A DNA stretch of 31,328 nucleotides, taken from IMG/VR virus record IMGVR_UViG_3300044228_004389, positions 1 to 31,328 of that record; one strand, given 5' to 3'. The stretch's first letter is position 1. Every line of letters begins with the position of its first letter. Below the pieces are notes generated by a model that was not told where the DNA came from, did no database searches, and saw nothing but the letters and a program-made list of their open reading frames with translations. The stretch comes from a virus (taxonomy: Duplodnaviria > Caudoviricetes). The translations under genes and the position numbers were made by a program. Shown here piece after piece: positions 18,789-27,015 of this stretch.

Positions 18789-20464
18789 AATTGAAATTGT
18801 TTTTTATCTTCTCCATTATGAAAAAAGTTTGATGTTTGAACATTATGATGAGGAAAAAATGCCAGATCAAAATATCCTTTATGATCTGTTTTTCCTTCTA
18901 ATAAAAAGACGTTATCAATCTGTGGAGAATACGGTAAAACCTTGTGTACATTTGGATTATCATCTATAAAGGAATAAAATTCTGGTTTTGTAAAGATATA
19001 TATTTTATGTTGAGGATATAACTCTTTTAAATTTGATAGCATAGAGTTTATCCACAGTAAATCAGAAGAACTTTGGGGCATAACAATTGCTAAAGATTTT
19101 CCTTCATCAACTAATTTTTGTAAATCTAATTTATTTTTTTGTTCTTTGTCCCAATCAAAATCGTAATCAATGTCGGGCATTTTATCTAAGATTTCTTCAA
19201 GTTTTTTACCAATAACTTCTGTAGAATAATTATCAATAGTCCATTGTCTGGCTTTTTTTCCTAGTTGGAATCTTTTATTACTTTCCATTTTCCAAACCTT
19301 TTTTAATTGTTTGGCTATACTAGATGGGTATGTAGAAGCTTTAATAAATTGGGTTCCTGGTTCTCGATATTCGGACCAATCAAGCGGGAAACTACCACTT
19401 TCAGAGGTGCAAGAATCTTCTCCACAGGAATAACTTGTAACAAGCGTAATAAGTCCAGTTAATTTAGCTTCAAAAATAGGTATTTCCATACCACCGCTAG
19501 TAAATGGGTGGCAGTAGACATCCATAAGATTATAAATTTGATTTAATTGTTCTTCGTCGACCCCTTGTCTGATATTAGTGGTATTAACTGTTTCTTTGGC
19601 ACCACAATATTTACAGTTTTGCTTTTGTCCAACAAACGGTCTTATATCATAATTTTTACATTCAGAACAAAAATATGTTGTTAAAATATCATTATTGTCA
19701 ATACCTTTTTCTTCTATTAATCTTGGTATATCCCAACCTTCTGCCCAGTGAGTGTGAAGAAGCAGTTTCGCTTTGGGGCAATCTTTTTTAAATATTTTAA
19801 AACCTTCTAAAAGGTTTGGAACACTTTTTCTAAGTTGATTTCTGAAAACAAATCCTACTATAAATTCATCAGACAAACCAAAGTGCGATCTTAATCTTTT
19901 TTTATCGTCGGTTGTAAAACGATAAAAATCGTTTGTATTAACCGTACCATGTAAAGTTTTTACGTGGCCTTGTCCAGCCTTGATCATGTCTTTTTCTGCG
20001 AAGGATGCCCAAACATAAAAATTTTTAGTTTTAGGGGCGGCTTCCATGGCTAATGGTAAAATTGGCTGACTATCTAATGTAGTCCAAATCATATGATTAA
20101 TTTTATCCCACCAAGGTTTATTCCAATAACCAGTAAATCCCCAAATATCTTCTATTCCTACATATATATCTGGTTTGTACGTTTTAATAGCTTCATCGAT
20201 TGTTTCTGCTCCATATCCAGCCGCTCTAGCTCTATCTTTATTCTTGTTTAATTCATTTATGGTCCCTGCACCGTTAGGAAGGGAACCTTGCGCTTTCCAG
20301 GGTCTAAGTTGAAATTGTTCGTCTCCCCAGGTTACACCATTAGCAAATTCAATAATTTCATATTTTTTTGTGGTTTGCAAATAACGCATTATATTTTTGG
20401 TATGTTTACCAAAACCAGTAAGTGCTTTTGTGTTATTTGAATGAATTAAAATCTTTTTTTTCAT
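18776..20464 (-). CDS. GT4-like (GT-B) glycosyltransferase with Zn-ribbon insert and C-terminal GT9-like N-half
   Basis: TGFG, VFRNQLRKSVPNLLEGF, DVYCHPFTSGGMEIPIFEAKLTG; CSEC...CKYC; tail SLAIVMPQSSSDLL...LKELYPQHKI...NPNVHKV. Confidence 0.85.
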   Translation of the reverse strand: MKKKILIHSNNTKALTGFGKHTKNIMRYLQTTKKYEIIEFANGVTWGDEQFQLRPWKAQGSLPNGAGTINELNKNKDRARAAGYGAETIDEAIKTYKPDIYVGIEDIWGFTGYWNKPWWDKINHMIWTTLDSQPILPLAMEAAPKTKNFYVWASFAEKDMIKAGQGHVKTLHGTVNTNDFYRFTTDDKKRLRSHFGLSDEFIVGFVFRNQLRKSVPNLLEGFKIFKKDCPKAKLLLHTHWAEGWDIPRLIEEKGIDNNDILTTYFCSECKNYDIRPFVGQKQNCKYCGAKETVNTTNIRQGVDEEQLNQIYNLMDVYCHPFTSGGMEIPIFEAKLTGLITLVTSYSCGEDSCTSESGSFPLDWSEYREPGTQFIKASTYPSSIAKQLKKVWKMESNKRFQLGKKARQWTIDNYSTEVIGKKLEEILDKMPDIDYDFDWDKEQKNKLDLQKLVDEGKSLAIVMPQSSSDLLWINSMLSNLKELYPQHKIYIFTKPEFYSFIDDNPNVHKVLPYSPQIDNVFLLEGKTDHKGYFDLAFFPHHNVQTSNFFHNGEDKKQFQLCHM

Positions 20465-20931
20465 TAACCTTCGTAACTAAAAAATCTTGTAAGATACATC
20501 TCTAGTAGGGATTTTATAGTTCTAGCTTCTCCTAGTTCAATACCAATTCCAAACTTAAGAGTAGAGTTTTTGATAACACTAAAAGACCAAGCATCGACAC
20601 CATTATGTTTTTGATATGGCTTTAATGAAAAGCTTGTTTTATCGTCGTTATATGTATGAAACGCTGACCATTCTGAATACTTTTCAATAGTATCGATTAT
20701 AGCCCCAGCTTCACTCTCATTTATCTTACAGTAGATATTTTTTTCTGGGTCTTTAGCATTTGCGCTGAAAGATCCAGATTTCTTGTTTTGATCCCAGCTA
20801 GCTTGTTTGATAGCTTGGATTAAGAATGTAGGTTTTGTTGGGTTTCCTTCTTTATCTTTTTCGATAATTTTAAAAGAAAAAGCACAACCAGTACTTTTAG
20901 CGTTAGGTTTATATAGATTGTATTGTGGCAT
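20464..20931 (-). CDS. Putative Whirly/PC4-fold single-stranded DNA-binding protein
   Basis: Two beta-sheet/helix units: NLYK..., KINESEAGAII, SAFH, FSLKP, WSFSV, IGIELGEARTIKSLL. Confidence 0.55.
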   Translation of the reverse strand: MPQYNLYKPNAKSTGCAFSFKIIEKDKEGNPTKPTFLIQAIKQASWDQNKKSGSFSANAKDPEKNIYCKINESEAGAIIDTIEKYSEWSAFHTYNDDKTSFSLKPYQKHNGVDAWSFSVIKNSTLKFGIGIELGEARTIKSLLEMYLTRFFSYEG

Positions 20932-20933
20932 AA

Positions 20934-20952
20934 TGCAATATTATATACTGCA
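20934..20952 (-). promoter_or_regulatory. Possible promoter: TATAAT -10 within an imperfect inverted repeat
   Basis: TATAAT 8 nt before the ATG at 20931; TGCAATAT-tat-ATACTGCA dyad; no good -35. Confidence 0.4.
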
Positions 20953-20974
20953 TACTGGAAAATTCTATAGCAAA

Positions 20975-22069
20975 TTAAAGATTGTCTACAAAAGGAGCAA
21001 ACATGGAATCGAGCGTGGGTATATATTCTGCGAATTCGTCTTCTATAGCTTCTCTAATTGTAGAATATTGTTGAAATAAGGATAAGAGATTACCCATTTC
21101 TTCTTTTGTTATAGTCATTGTATAGAAATAACTAACGACTAAATTATAAAGCATCATTTTAGGAGCTAACTGTTTAAAGAAAATATAACTATATTCATCT
21201 TCTTTTATAAAAGATTCTTTGTGATATGCTTCTAGAAATCTTTTTTCATAAATTGGATAATCATTAAGTTGTAACTTATAAGATGTGAAGGCTAAATCCC
21301 AAGCTGGGTGCAAGTAAAAGCTTGCATAAAAGTTGCATATTTTAAGTTGACCTGGCCTATTTAAAATAGAGCTAGGGTTTATATTTGTATGACATAAACA
21401 AGCATAGGACTCGTTTTGTGGAAATTTTTGTATTTCAATGCTATTTTTAATACTTCTTAATAAATCTTCGCATTCTGAAAATATTTTTATTTTTTGTAAA
21501 GATTCGTAAATATTTGAGTTTGTGGTTTGTTCAAAATCTCCAAGCGAAAACATTGATTCTAAAAAATAATCTCTTTCGCTATCTTCTTGTTTTGTGTGAT
21601 TATGTATTTTTGCAAGCGCAGAACCTAACATTTCTATATTATTAAGTGTATATGATAAGCCAAGCTCTTTTGTAGATTGCGAATGCTCGAAAGATGTTAA
21701 CAAATAAGAGTATGCTTCAGTAGAATCTGTATTAAAATAAATTGGAGCCAAGTTTAATTCTTTAATTGCCTCTAAAGCTTCTTTTTCTTTATCAAAAATA
21801 AAGGAATCTAGTTTTTCTCCGACTTTGATAATATAAGAAAGATTATCGTAGGAAAGACTATATATATCGTAATAAAAATTTCTGTCTAACACTTTTATAG
21901 AATCAGTTATTTGATTTATTTCGGGAAACTTTTCTTTTAAATAAAAGTCTTCAGAAAAAATTTCTTCTAAATAAGTTCTTTCGACTGTAGATATTTTAAT
22001 AGATGAAGTTTCACATACGACCCTATTAGTCAAATACTCAGAAAAATTTACTTTTTGCCTTTCCGCCAT
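20975..22069 (-). CDS. APH/choline-kinase-fold protein with degenerate catalytic motifs
   Basis: YIIKV, EKEAL, LAP, LAKIH, LCHTNINPSSIL, ICNF, PAWDLA follow the APH/ChoK motif order. Confidence 0.7.
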   Translation of the reverse strand: MAERQKVNFSEYLTNRVVCETSSIKISTVERTYLEEIFSEDFYLKEKFPEINQITDSIKVLDRNFYYDIYSLSYDNLSYIIKVGEKLDSFIFDKEKEALEAIKELNLAPIYFNTDSTEAYSYLLTSFEHSQSTKELGLSYTLNNIEMLGSALAKIHNHTKQEDSERDYFLESMFSLGDFEQTTNSNIYESLQKIKIFSECEDLLRSIKNSIEIQKFPQNESYACLCHTNINPSSILNRPGQLKICNFYASFYLHPAWDLAFTSYKLQLNDYPIYEKRFLEAYHKESFIKEDEYSYIFFKQLAPKMMLYNLVVSYFYTMTITKEEMGNLLSLFQQYSTIREAIEDEFAEYIPTLDSMFAPFVDNL

Positions 22070-22073
22070 TAAA

Positions 22074-22083
22074 TATATTACAC
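22074..22083 (-). promoter_or_regulatory. GTGTAAWATA motif (putative phage late promoter)
   Basis: GTGTAATATA on the minus strand, 4 nt before the ATG at 22069, directly after the terminator U-tract. Confidence 0.65.
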
Positions 22084-22109
22084 AAAAAAGGCGGTATTTC
22101 TACCGCCTT
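22084..22109 (-). terminator. Rho-independent terminator
   Basis: Minus strand AAGGCGGTA-GAAA-TACCGCCTTTTTT: perfect GC-rich stem, GNRA loop and U-tract, just after the 69-aa ORF stop. Confidence 0.9.
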
Positions 22110-22114
22110 GAAGA

Positions 22115-22324
22115 TTAGATCTTGACATCTCCCATATTTAAGCCAGTCAGACTTGTTTTTGCAAACTTTCGCCTTTGACCAGCATTTCTGTCGTGAATTA
22201 CCACGTAACTAGGTGTCTCCTTAACAAACTGAGCGTTGTAACTAGATCCGTCCTTTGTCCGAAGGCCAAAAAAACGACCTCCGCTCTTCTTCATTGTATT
22301 TACTATACGTTTTATTTTTCTCAT
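22115..22324 (-). CDS. Small basic protein, possible Sm/Hfq-like fold
   Basis: Helix followed by FFGLRTKDGSSYNAQFV...YVVI...KFAKTSLTGL; in operon and followed by the terminator. Confidence 0.6.
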   Translation of the reverse strand: MRKIKRIVNTMKKSGGRFFGLRTKDGSSYNAQFVKETPSYVVIHDRNAGQRRKFAKTSLTGLNMGDVKI

Positions 22325-22328
22325 AAAT

Positions 22329-23822
22329 TTAGTGAAACCCTATTGCATTACCCACTTTTATATTTTTGCCACTTTTTACATTTTCAGCAGTCGTATTTAA
22401 TTTAAAAGCAAAAATATCATATATTGTTTGTTTGTCAACTGAAAATTTACTGTTTTTTAATGTTTCACCCCATTCTTTTAATATTTTTTCATATTCTTTT
22501 TGTAATTTTTGACATTCTTTACTACCTGGTTCTGAACTCATTATTTTGTTCTCTAAATTTTTTGCTTTTTTAGGTCTAATTATATGGTCTTTTTTAGTTT
22601 TAGCGCCAGATTCATCTAACACATCAAATGCTTTATCTGGAAATTTTTGTTTAGGTAAATACCTATCACACAAGTCTATAATAAGATTGATTGTAGCTTC
22701 TGAGTATTTGACGGTATGAAAATTTTCGTATGAAAATTTAACATTCTGTAATAATTCTTTTACTTCTTTTTTTGAAGGCTCTTTGACCTCAATTTTTTCA
22801 AATCTTCTATCTAAAGCTGTGTCTTTTTCAAAAAATCTTTTGTATTCATCTGAAGTAGTTGCGCCTATGCAAGAAATTTCACCTCTTGAAAGAGCTGGTT
22901 TTAATATATTGGCAAAATCTAAACCACCTTCAGAGCTTGTTCCAGAACCAATAATTGTATGAATCTCATCTATAAATAATATAAGGTATTGATTCTTTTT
23001 TAAAGAATCTAAAATGTTCTTAATTTTTTCTTCCATTTGACCTCTATAAATAGTTCCCGAAACAACAGAAGCTATATCCAAAGATATTATTTCTTTATGT
23101 AGTAAAAGATCTGGGCAAGTTCTTTTAACTATTTGTTCTGCCATTCCTTCAACTATAGCAGTTTTGCCAACACCAGCATCGCCAACAAATATAACATTGC
23201 TTTTATTTTTTCTTAATAAAACTTCAAAAGCTCTATCGATTTCTTTTTTTCTTCCAAATATTTCAAAAGTATTTCTTTCTTTAATTTTATTATTTAAATT
23301 TTCACAACAAGATGAAATAGGATCTTTTGTTTGTTGCTCTGCATTTTTCGTGGGACCAGCAGGAGCTGGAGTTTTATCAACGCCGTTTTTTATAAAATTG
23401 GATAAAGTTGCAGAAAATTTATCAAGATCTACCTGTAAACTTTTTAAAAATTGACATAGCTCTAATCTTGTATTTATAATAGCAAGAAGTATGTGATCAA
23501 CACCTATGTAATCGTGTTTTAAAGATCGAGATATTAAAGAAGCAGCGTCCATGATTTCCAATATCTCTGGAGCATAAATTCTTTTTTTTCTATGGGGCTC
23601 GTTGTAAGCAACGATAGCAGAAAAAACAGCATTCTGTAAACCATCTTTACTTAGATCACAAAATCTTAAAGCGCTATCTATATTTATATTATCTTGATCT
23701 AGAATTGAAAAAAGCAAATGCAGATCAATAATTTTTAAATGACCAGAATCTTGAGCGACATCTTGTGCGCTCATTAAAACAGATTTTGCGCTAGGTGTTA
23801 AATTAAATTTAGAAAAATCCAT
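22329..23822 (-). CDS. ClpA/ClpC-like ATPase: double Clp-N domain plus one AAA+ module only
   Basis: Two Clp-N repeats (HLLFSIL; YIGVDHILLAI), GDAGVGKT, FIDEIHTIIGSG, IGATT, DTALDRRF, FPDKAFDVLDE; ends NAIGFH with no second NBD. Confidence 0.92.
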   Translation of the reverse strand: MDFSKFNLTPSAKSVLMSAQDVAQDSGHLKIIDLHLLFSILDQDNINIDSALRFCDLSKDGLQNAVFSAIVAYNEPHRKKRIYAPEILEIMDAASLISRSLKHDYIGVDHILLAIINTRLELCQFLKSLQVDLDKFSATLSNFIKNGVDKTPAPAGPTKNAEQQTKDPISSCCENLNNKIKERNTFEIFGRKKEIDRAFEVLLRKNKSNVIFVGDAGVGKTAIVEGMAEQIVKRTCPDLLLHKEIISLDIASVVSGTIYRGQMEEKIKNILDSLKKNQYLILFIDEIHTIIGSGTSSEGGLDFANILKPALSRGEISCIGATTSDEYKRFFEKDTALDRRFEKIEVKEPSKKEVKELLQNVKFSYENFHTVKYSEATINLIIDLCDRYLPKQKFPDKAFDVLDESGAKTKKDHIIRPKKAKNLENKIMSSEPGSKECQKLQKEYEKILKEWGETLKNSKFSVDKQTIYDIFAFKLNTTAENVKSGKNIKVGNAIGFH

Positions 23823-26398
23823 TACTTTATTTCAGACAATTTTGTATAAATTTTTTCATCTAGTATTGTTATTTTTTCACCAAATATAACATCTTCACCT
23901 TTACTACCATAAACAAAGACTATTTGTTCTTCCTTTGGTTTCTTGCCACCTTCATTTAAGTAATTGTCTAAAGTAGCAGATCTGCTATTGTTCATAAGCA
24001 TGAAGTTAACCTTACCAAAATCATCTTGTATTTCCACTCTCATATATTTATTTCCAGCCCTACTAGTTCTAGAAATACAGTCTGTTACGACTCCAACAAA
24101 TTTAACTCTATCATTATCTGGTATAGATTTTAATTCTAAACTATCATAAAGATCTCTAGAGTTTCCAAATACATCTTTAATTTTTACTGAGTGACTATAG
24201 CCAAGATATTTTCTTTCAAAAAACCAATTTGCAAAAACCAAATGATTTTTATTCTTATCATAAATCTGTCTGTATCTATCATAGTCTCTTTTGAATGTGT
24301 TAAATCTAGAATCTTTCATAATTGGTCTACCGTCATCCGCTGGCCAATTTTCTTTCTTTACTGAAGCTATAGAATTTAAAATATCATAATTAAATTTAGA
24401 GCCTAATTTAGAAAAATTTCTTTTTTCTCGGTCTGTAAGTAGGTTAAAAGATTGAGCTTCTAAAACTAATCTACAACGATTTGGAACACCGCTTGATTGA
24501 TCGCAGAAAGAATCCATCATGCCCCCTTGTATTAGACCAGATAAAATTCCAATATTAATTCCAGCGTCCTTTGCCGCTAAAAATATATCGTATTTAGTGT
24601 GTTCTAGTAATTGAGATTTATTAAACTCAACTACGTTTTCTAAAGTTTTTTCTGAAACGCCCTTTATACTGTTTAAGCCATATCTAATATTTTTATTTTC
24701 AATAGAAAATTCTATATCTGATTTAGATAAGTCTGGTGGTAGTAACTTCATATTAAATAAACAAAGTTCTTGATTAATCAAAGCTATTTCTGCATGAGAA
24801 TCTGGCTCATGCTTCGTCATTTTAAGCAGAGATAAAAAGAACTCTTGTGGATGTTTAAATTTAAGATAAGTAGTTATTGCTGCTAGTATAGCATAACTTA
24901 TAGAGTGTGATTTATTAAATGAATAATTTGCAGAGTCTTCGGCCACTTTCCAAAGAACCTCTCCGACTTGTTTATCAAGATTGTTTTCTTCTATTTTTTG
25001 CTCAATCTTTGCTTTCCATGCTGGCATTTGATCGATTTTTTTCTTACCAACAATGCGTCTTAGTTGCTCCGCTTCATCAAGCGTAAAGCCAACCTTAACT
25101 GCCATTTTCATTAACTGTTCTTGGTATAGAGGAATACCGCCAGTATAAGATAAGATATCATCAAAAAACTCATTGACGGATTGGAAATCTCCGCTTGAGA
25201 TATAGTTGCTGTAAGTATCCAAGTAATCGAGTGCGCCAGGACGAGCAATAGCAACAACTGCCGACAACTCATCCAAGTTTCTTGGAGATACTTTTTTACA
25301 GACTTTAAAGTTTGTATCCGCTTCAATCTGGAACAAACCCTTTGGTGCCTCAATGAATTTGAAGTTTTCATATATTTCTGGGAGTTCTATATCTATATTT
25401 TCAATCTCTATGCCTAACTGTTGACAAGTGTCATTTACTACAGAAAGTGTTCTGAGACCAAGAATATCAAATTTGACCATTAAAGATGCTACGTCATTCA
25501 TGTCGTAAGCTGATATAAGATGGCCATCATTTGTCCTTTGCATCGGCATTATTTCCTCAATATTGTAGAAACTAATGGCGATACCAGATGGGTGAACTCC
25601 TGTATTTTTGTTTAATCCTTCTAATTTTTTTGCAATTTTATATATTTTTTTGTTTTTGTCCGCAAATTCTTTAAATTTATCGCTCTCATCGTAAGCTTTT
25701 TCAAGCTTGTAAACCTTACCAAACTGCTTCGGAATGTGATTACTTACTATATTCACCTCATCTTCCGACATCTGTCCGACTATCTTTCCACACTCCTTTA
25801 CACAAAGTTTACTGCTTAATGTGTTCAAGGTTAGTATCTTACAAGTTTTGCCTTTATGCTTTTCTTCGATATATTTGATTACCTGGGCTCTTCTATCATA
25901 ACTGATATCATTGTCCACATCAGCCAACAAAGAGCCGTCTAGGTACGTTATATCGTCAACAATGGTCTTTTTAGCCCTGCTCTTAGATACAAATCTCTCA
26001 AAAAACAAATCATACTTAATTGGATCAACATTTGTAACTTTTAATAAAAATAATACTAAAGAGCCTGCTGCAGAACCACGACCTGGCCCAGTTGGGATCT
26101 CATTTTCGTGGCAATAATTGAGAATGTCCCAATTTAAAAGTATATAATCAACAAAACCAAGATCATTTAACACAGAAAGTTCCATCTTTACTCTGTCGTA
26201 GTATTCTTGTTTGTTATCTAATTTATCGATACCTCTTTGTTTTACTCCGCGAAGACATAACGCCCTTAAAAGATCATAATTAGAAGATTTAGGGTCTAGA
26301 TCAAGTTGATAGTAAACTCGCCTTTCTACTTCAATCTCTGGCAAACGTACACCAACTGGCATTGGTTGTTTAAAAGATTTTAAATTTCTAATTCCCAT
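23822..26398 (-). CDS. dnaE: DNA polymerase III alpha catalytic core (lacks PHP domain)
   Basis: GPGRGSAAGSLV, FERF, ADVDND, GVHPSG, KFDILGL, YQEQLM, YSFNKSH, IRYGLNSIKGV, C-terminal OB fold. Confidence 0.96.
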   Translation of the reverse strand: MGIRNLKSFKQPMPVGVRLPEIEVERRVYYQLDLDPKSSNYDLLRALCLRGVKQRGIDKLDNKQEYYDRVKMELSVLNDLGFVDYILLNWDILNYCHENEIPTGPGRGSAAGSLVLFLLKVTNVDPIKYDLFFERFVSKSRAKKTIVDDITYLDGSLLADVDNDISYDRRAQVIKYIEEKHKGKTCKILTLNTLSSKLCVKECGKIVGQMSEDEVNIVSNHIPKQFGKVYKLEKAYDESDKFKEFADKNKKIYKIAKKLEGLNKNTGVHPSGIAISFYNIEEIMPMQRTNDGHLISAYDMNDVASLMVKFDILGLRTLSVVNDTCQQLGIEIENIDIELPEIYENFKFIEAPKGLFQIEADTNFKVCKKVSPRNLDELSAVVAIARPGALDYLDTYSNYISSGDFQSVNEFFDDILSYTGGIPLYQEQLMKMAVKVGFTLDEAEQLRRIVGKKKIDQMPAWKAKIEQKIEENNLDKQVGEVLWKVAEDSANYSFNKSHSISYAILAAITTYLKFKHPQEFFLSLLKMTKHEPDSHAEIALINQELCLFNMKLLPPDLSKSDIEFSIENKNIRYGLNSIKGVSEKTLENVVEFNKSQLLEHTKYDIFLAAKDAGINIGILSGLIQGGMMDSFCDQSSGVPNRCRLVLEAQSFNLLTDREKRNFSKLGSKFNYDILNSIASVKKENWPADDGRPIMKDSRFNTFKRDYDRYRQIYDKNKNHLVFANWFFERKYLGYSHSVKIKDVFGNSRDLYDSLELKSIPDNDRVKFVGVVTDCISRTSRAGNKYMRVEIQDDFGKVNFMLMNNSRSATLDNYLNEGGKKPKEEQIVFVYGSKGEDVIFGEKITILDEKIYTKLSEIK

Positions 26399-27015
26399 AA
26401 CTGTTTTTGAAATATTTCAAAGTTTTTTTCTATATCGTATAACGCATCATGTAACTTTTTTTCATCAAAGTCAATACCGTAATGCTCTAATAAATATTTT
26501 TGATTTGTTTTTAAACCACGTTCTCTATAATTTAAATATCTCAATTGCCAAGCGATTAAATCGTCTTTATCTGGATGTTTACTATCTTTTGCAATTGCCA
26601 TAGCTACGGCTTTTGTGTCAAAGCATCGATTGATATAGTTTTCGTGAGATATTCTTTCGCCAATGTTGCGAAGCCAAACATTTAATATATAAATGTCGTA
26701 ACCAAGGATATTCTGACCAACAATAAGATTCTTATCATTGTACAAAACCTTTTCAAAGTCTTTCCAAACAACAAGGGGATCTTCAGCAACAGATTCATAA
26801 TGGTCTCTATTAAATCCAGTAACTCGAGCAGCTTCTGGAGAAACATTTAGGTTATCCCATTTAATAAAGCGATTATGTTTTTTAATAACTTTTTTGCCTT
26901 CACATTCTATCCAAGCTATCTGCCAAGGCTTAGAAGTAATTAAATTTAAACCCTCTGTCTCGGTGTCAAAAACTACGTAGCGCTGTTTAAAATTGTATCT
27001 GAGTAATTCTTCCAT
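26380..27015 (-). CDS. DEDDh 3'-5' exonuclease (DnaQ/epsilon-like)
   Basis: VFDTETEG (ExoI), GQNILGYD (ExoII), LHDALYD (ExoIII). Confidence 0.92.
   Translation of the reverse strand: MEELLRYNFKQRYVVFDTETEGLNLITSKPWQIAWIECEGKKVIKKHNRFIKWDNLNVSPEAARVTGFNRDHYESVAEDPLVVWKDFEKVLYNDKNLIVGQNILGYDIYILNVWLRNIGERISHENYINRCFDTKAVAMAIAKDSKHPDKDDLIAWQLRYLNYRERGLKTNQKYLLEHYGIDFDEKKLHDALYDIEKNFEIFQKQLWELEI

Noticed and set aside
26380-27015. Split intein explaining the fragmented dnaE
   Set aside because: No intein N-terminal C/S block or C-terminal HN motif at the junctions; the intervening gene is a plain DEDDh exonuclease.
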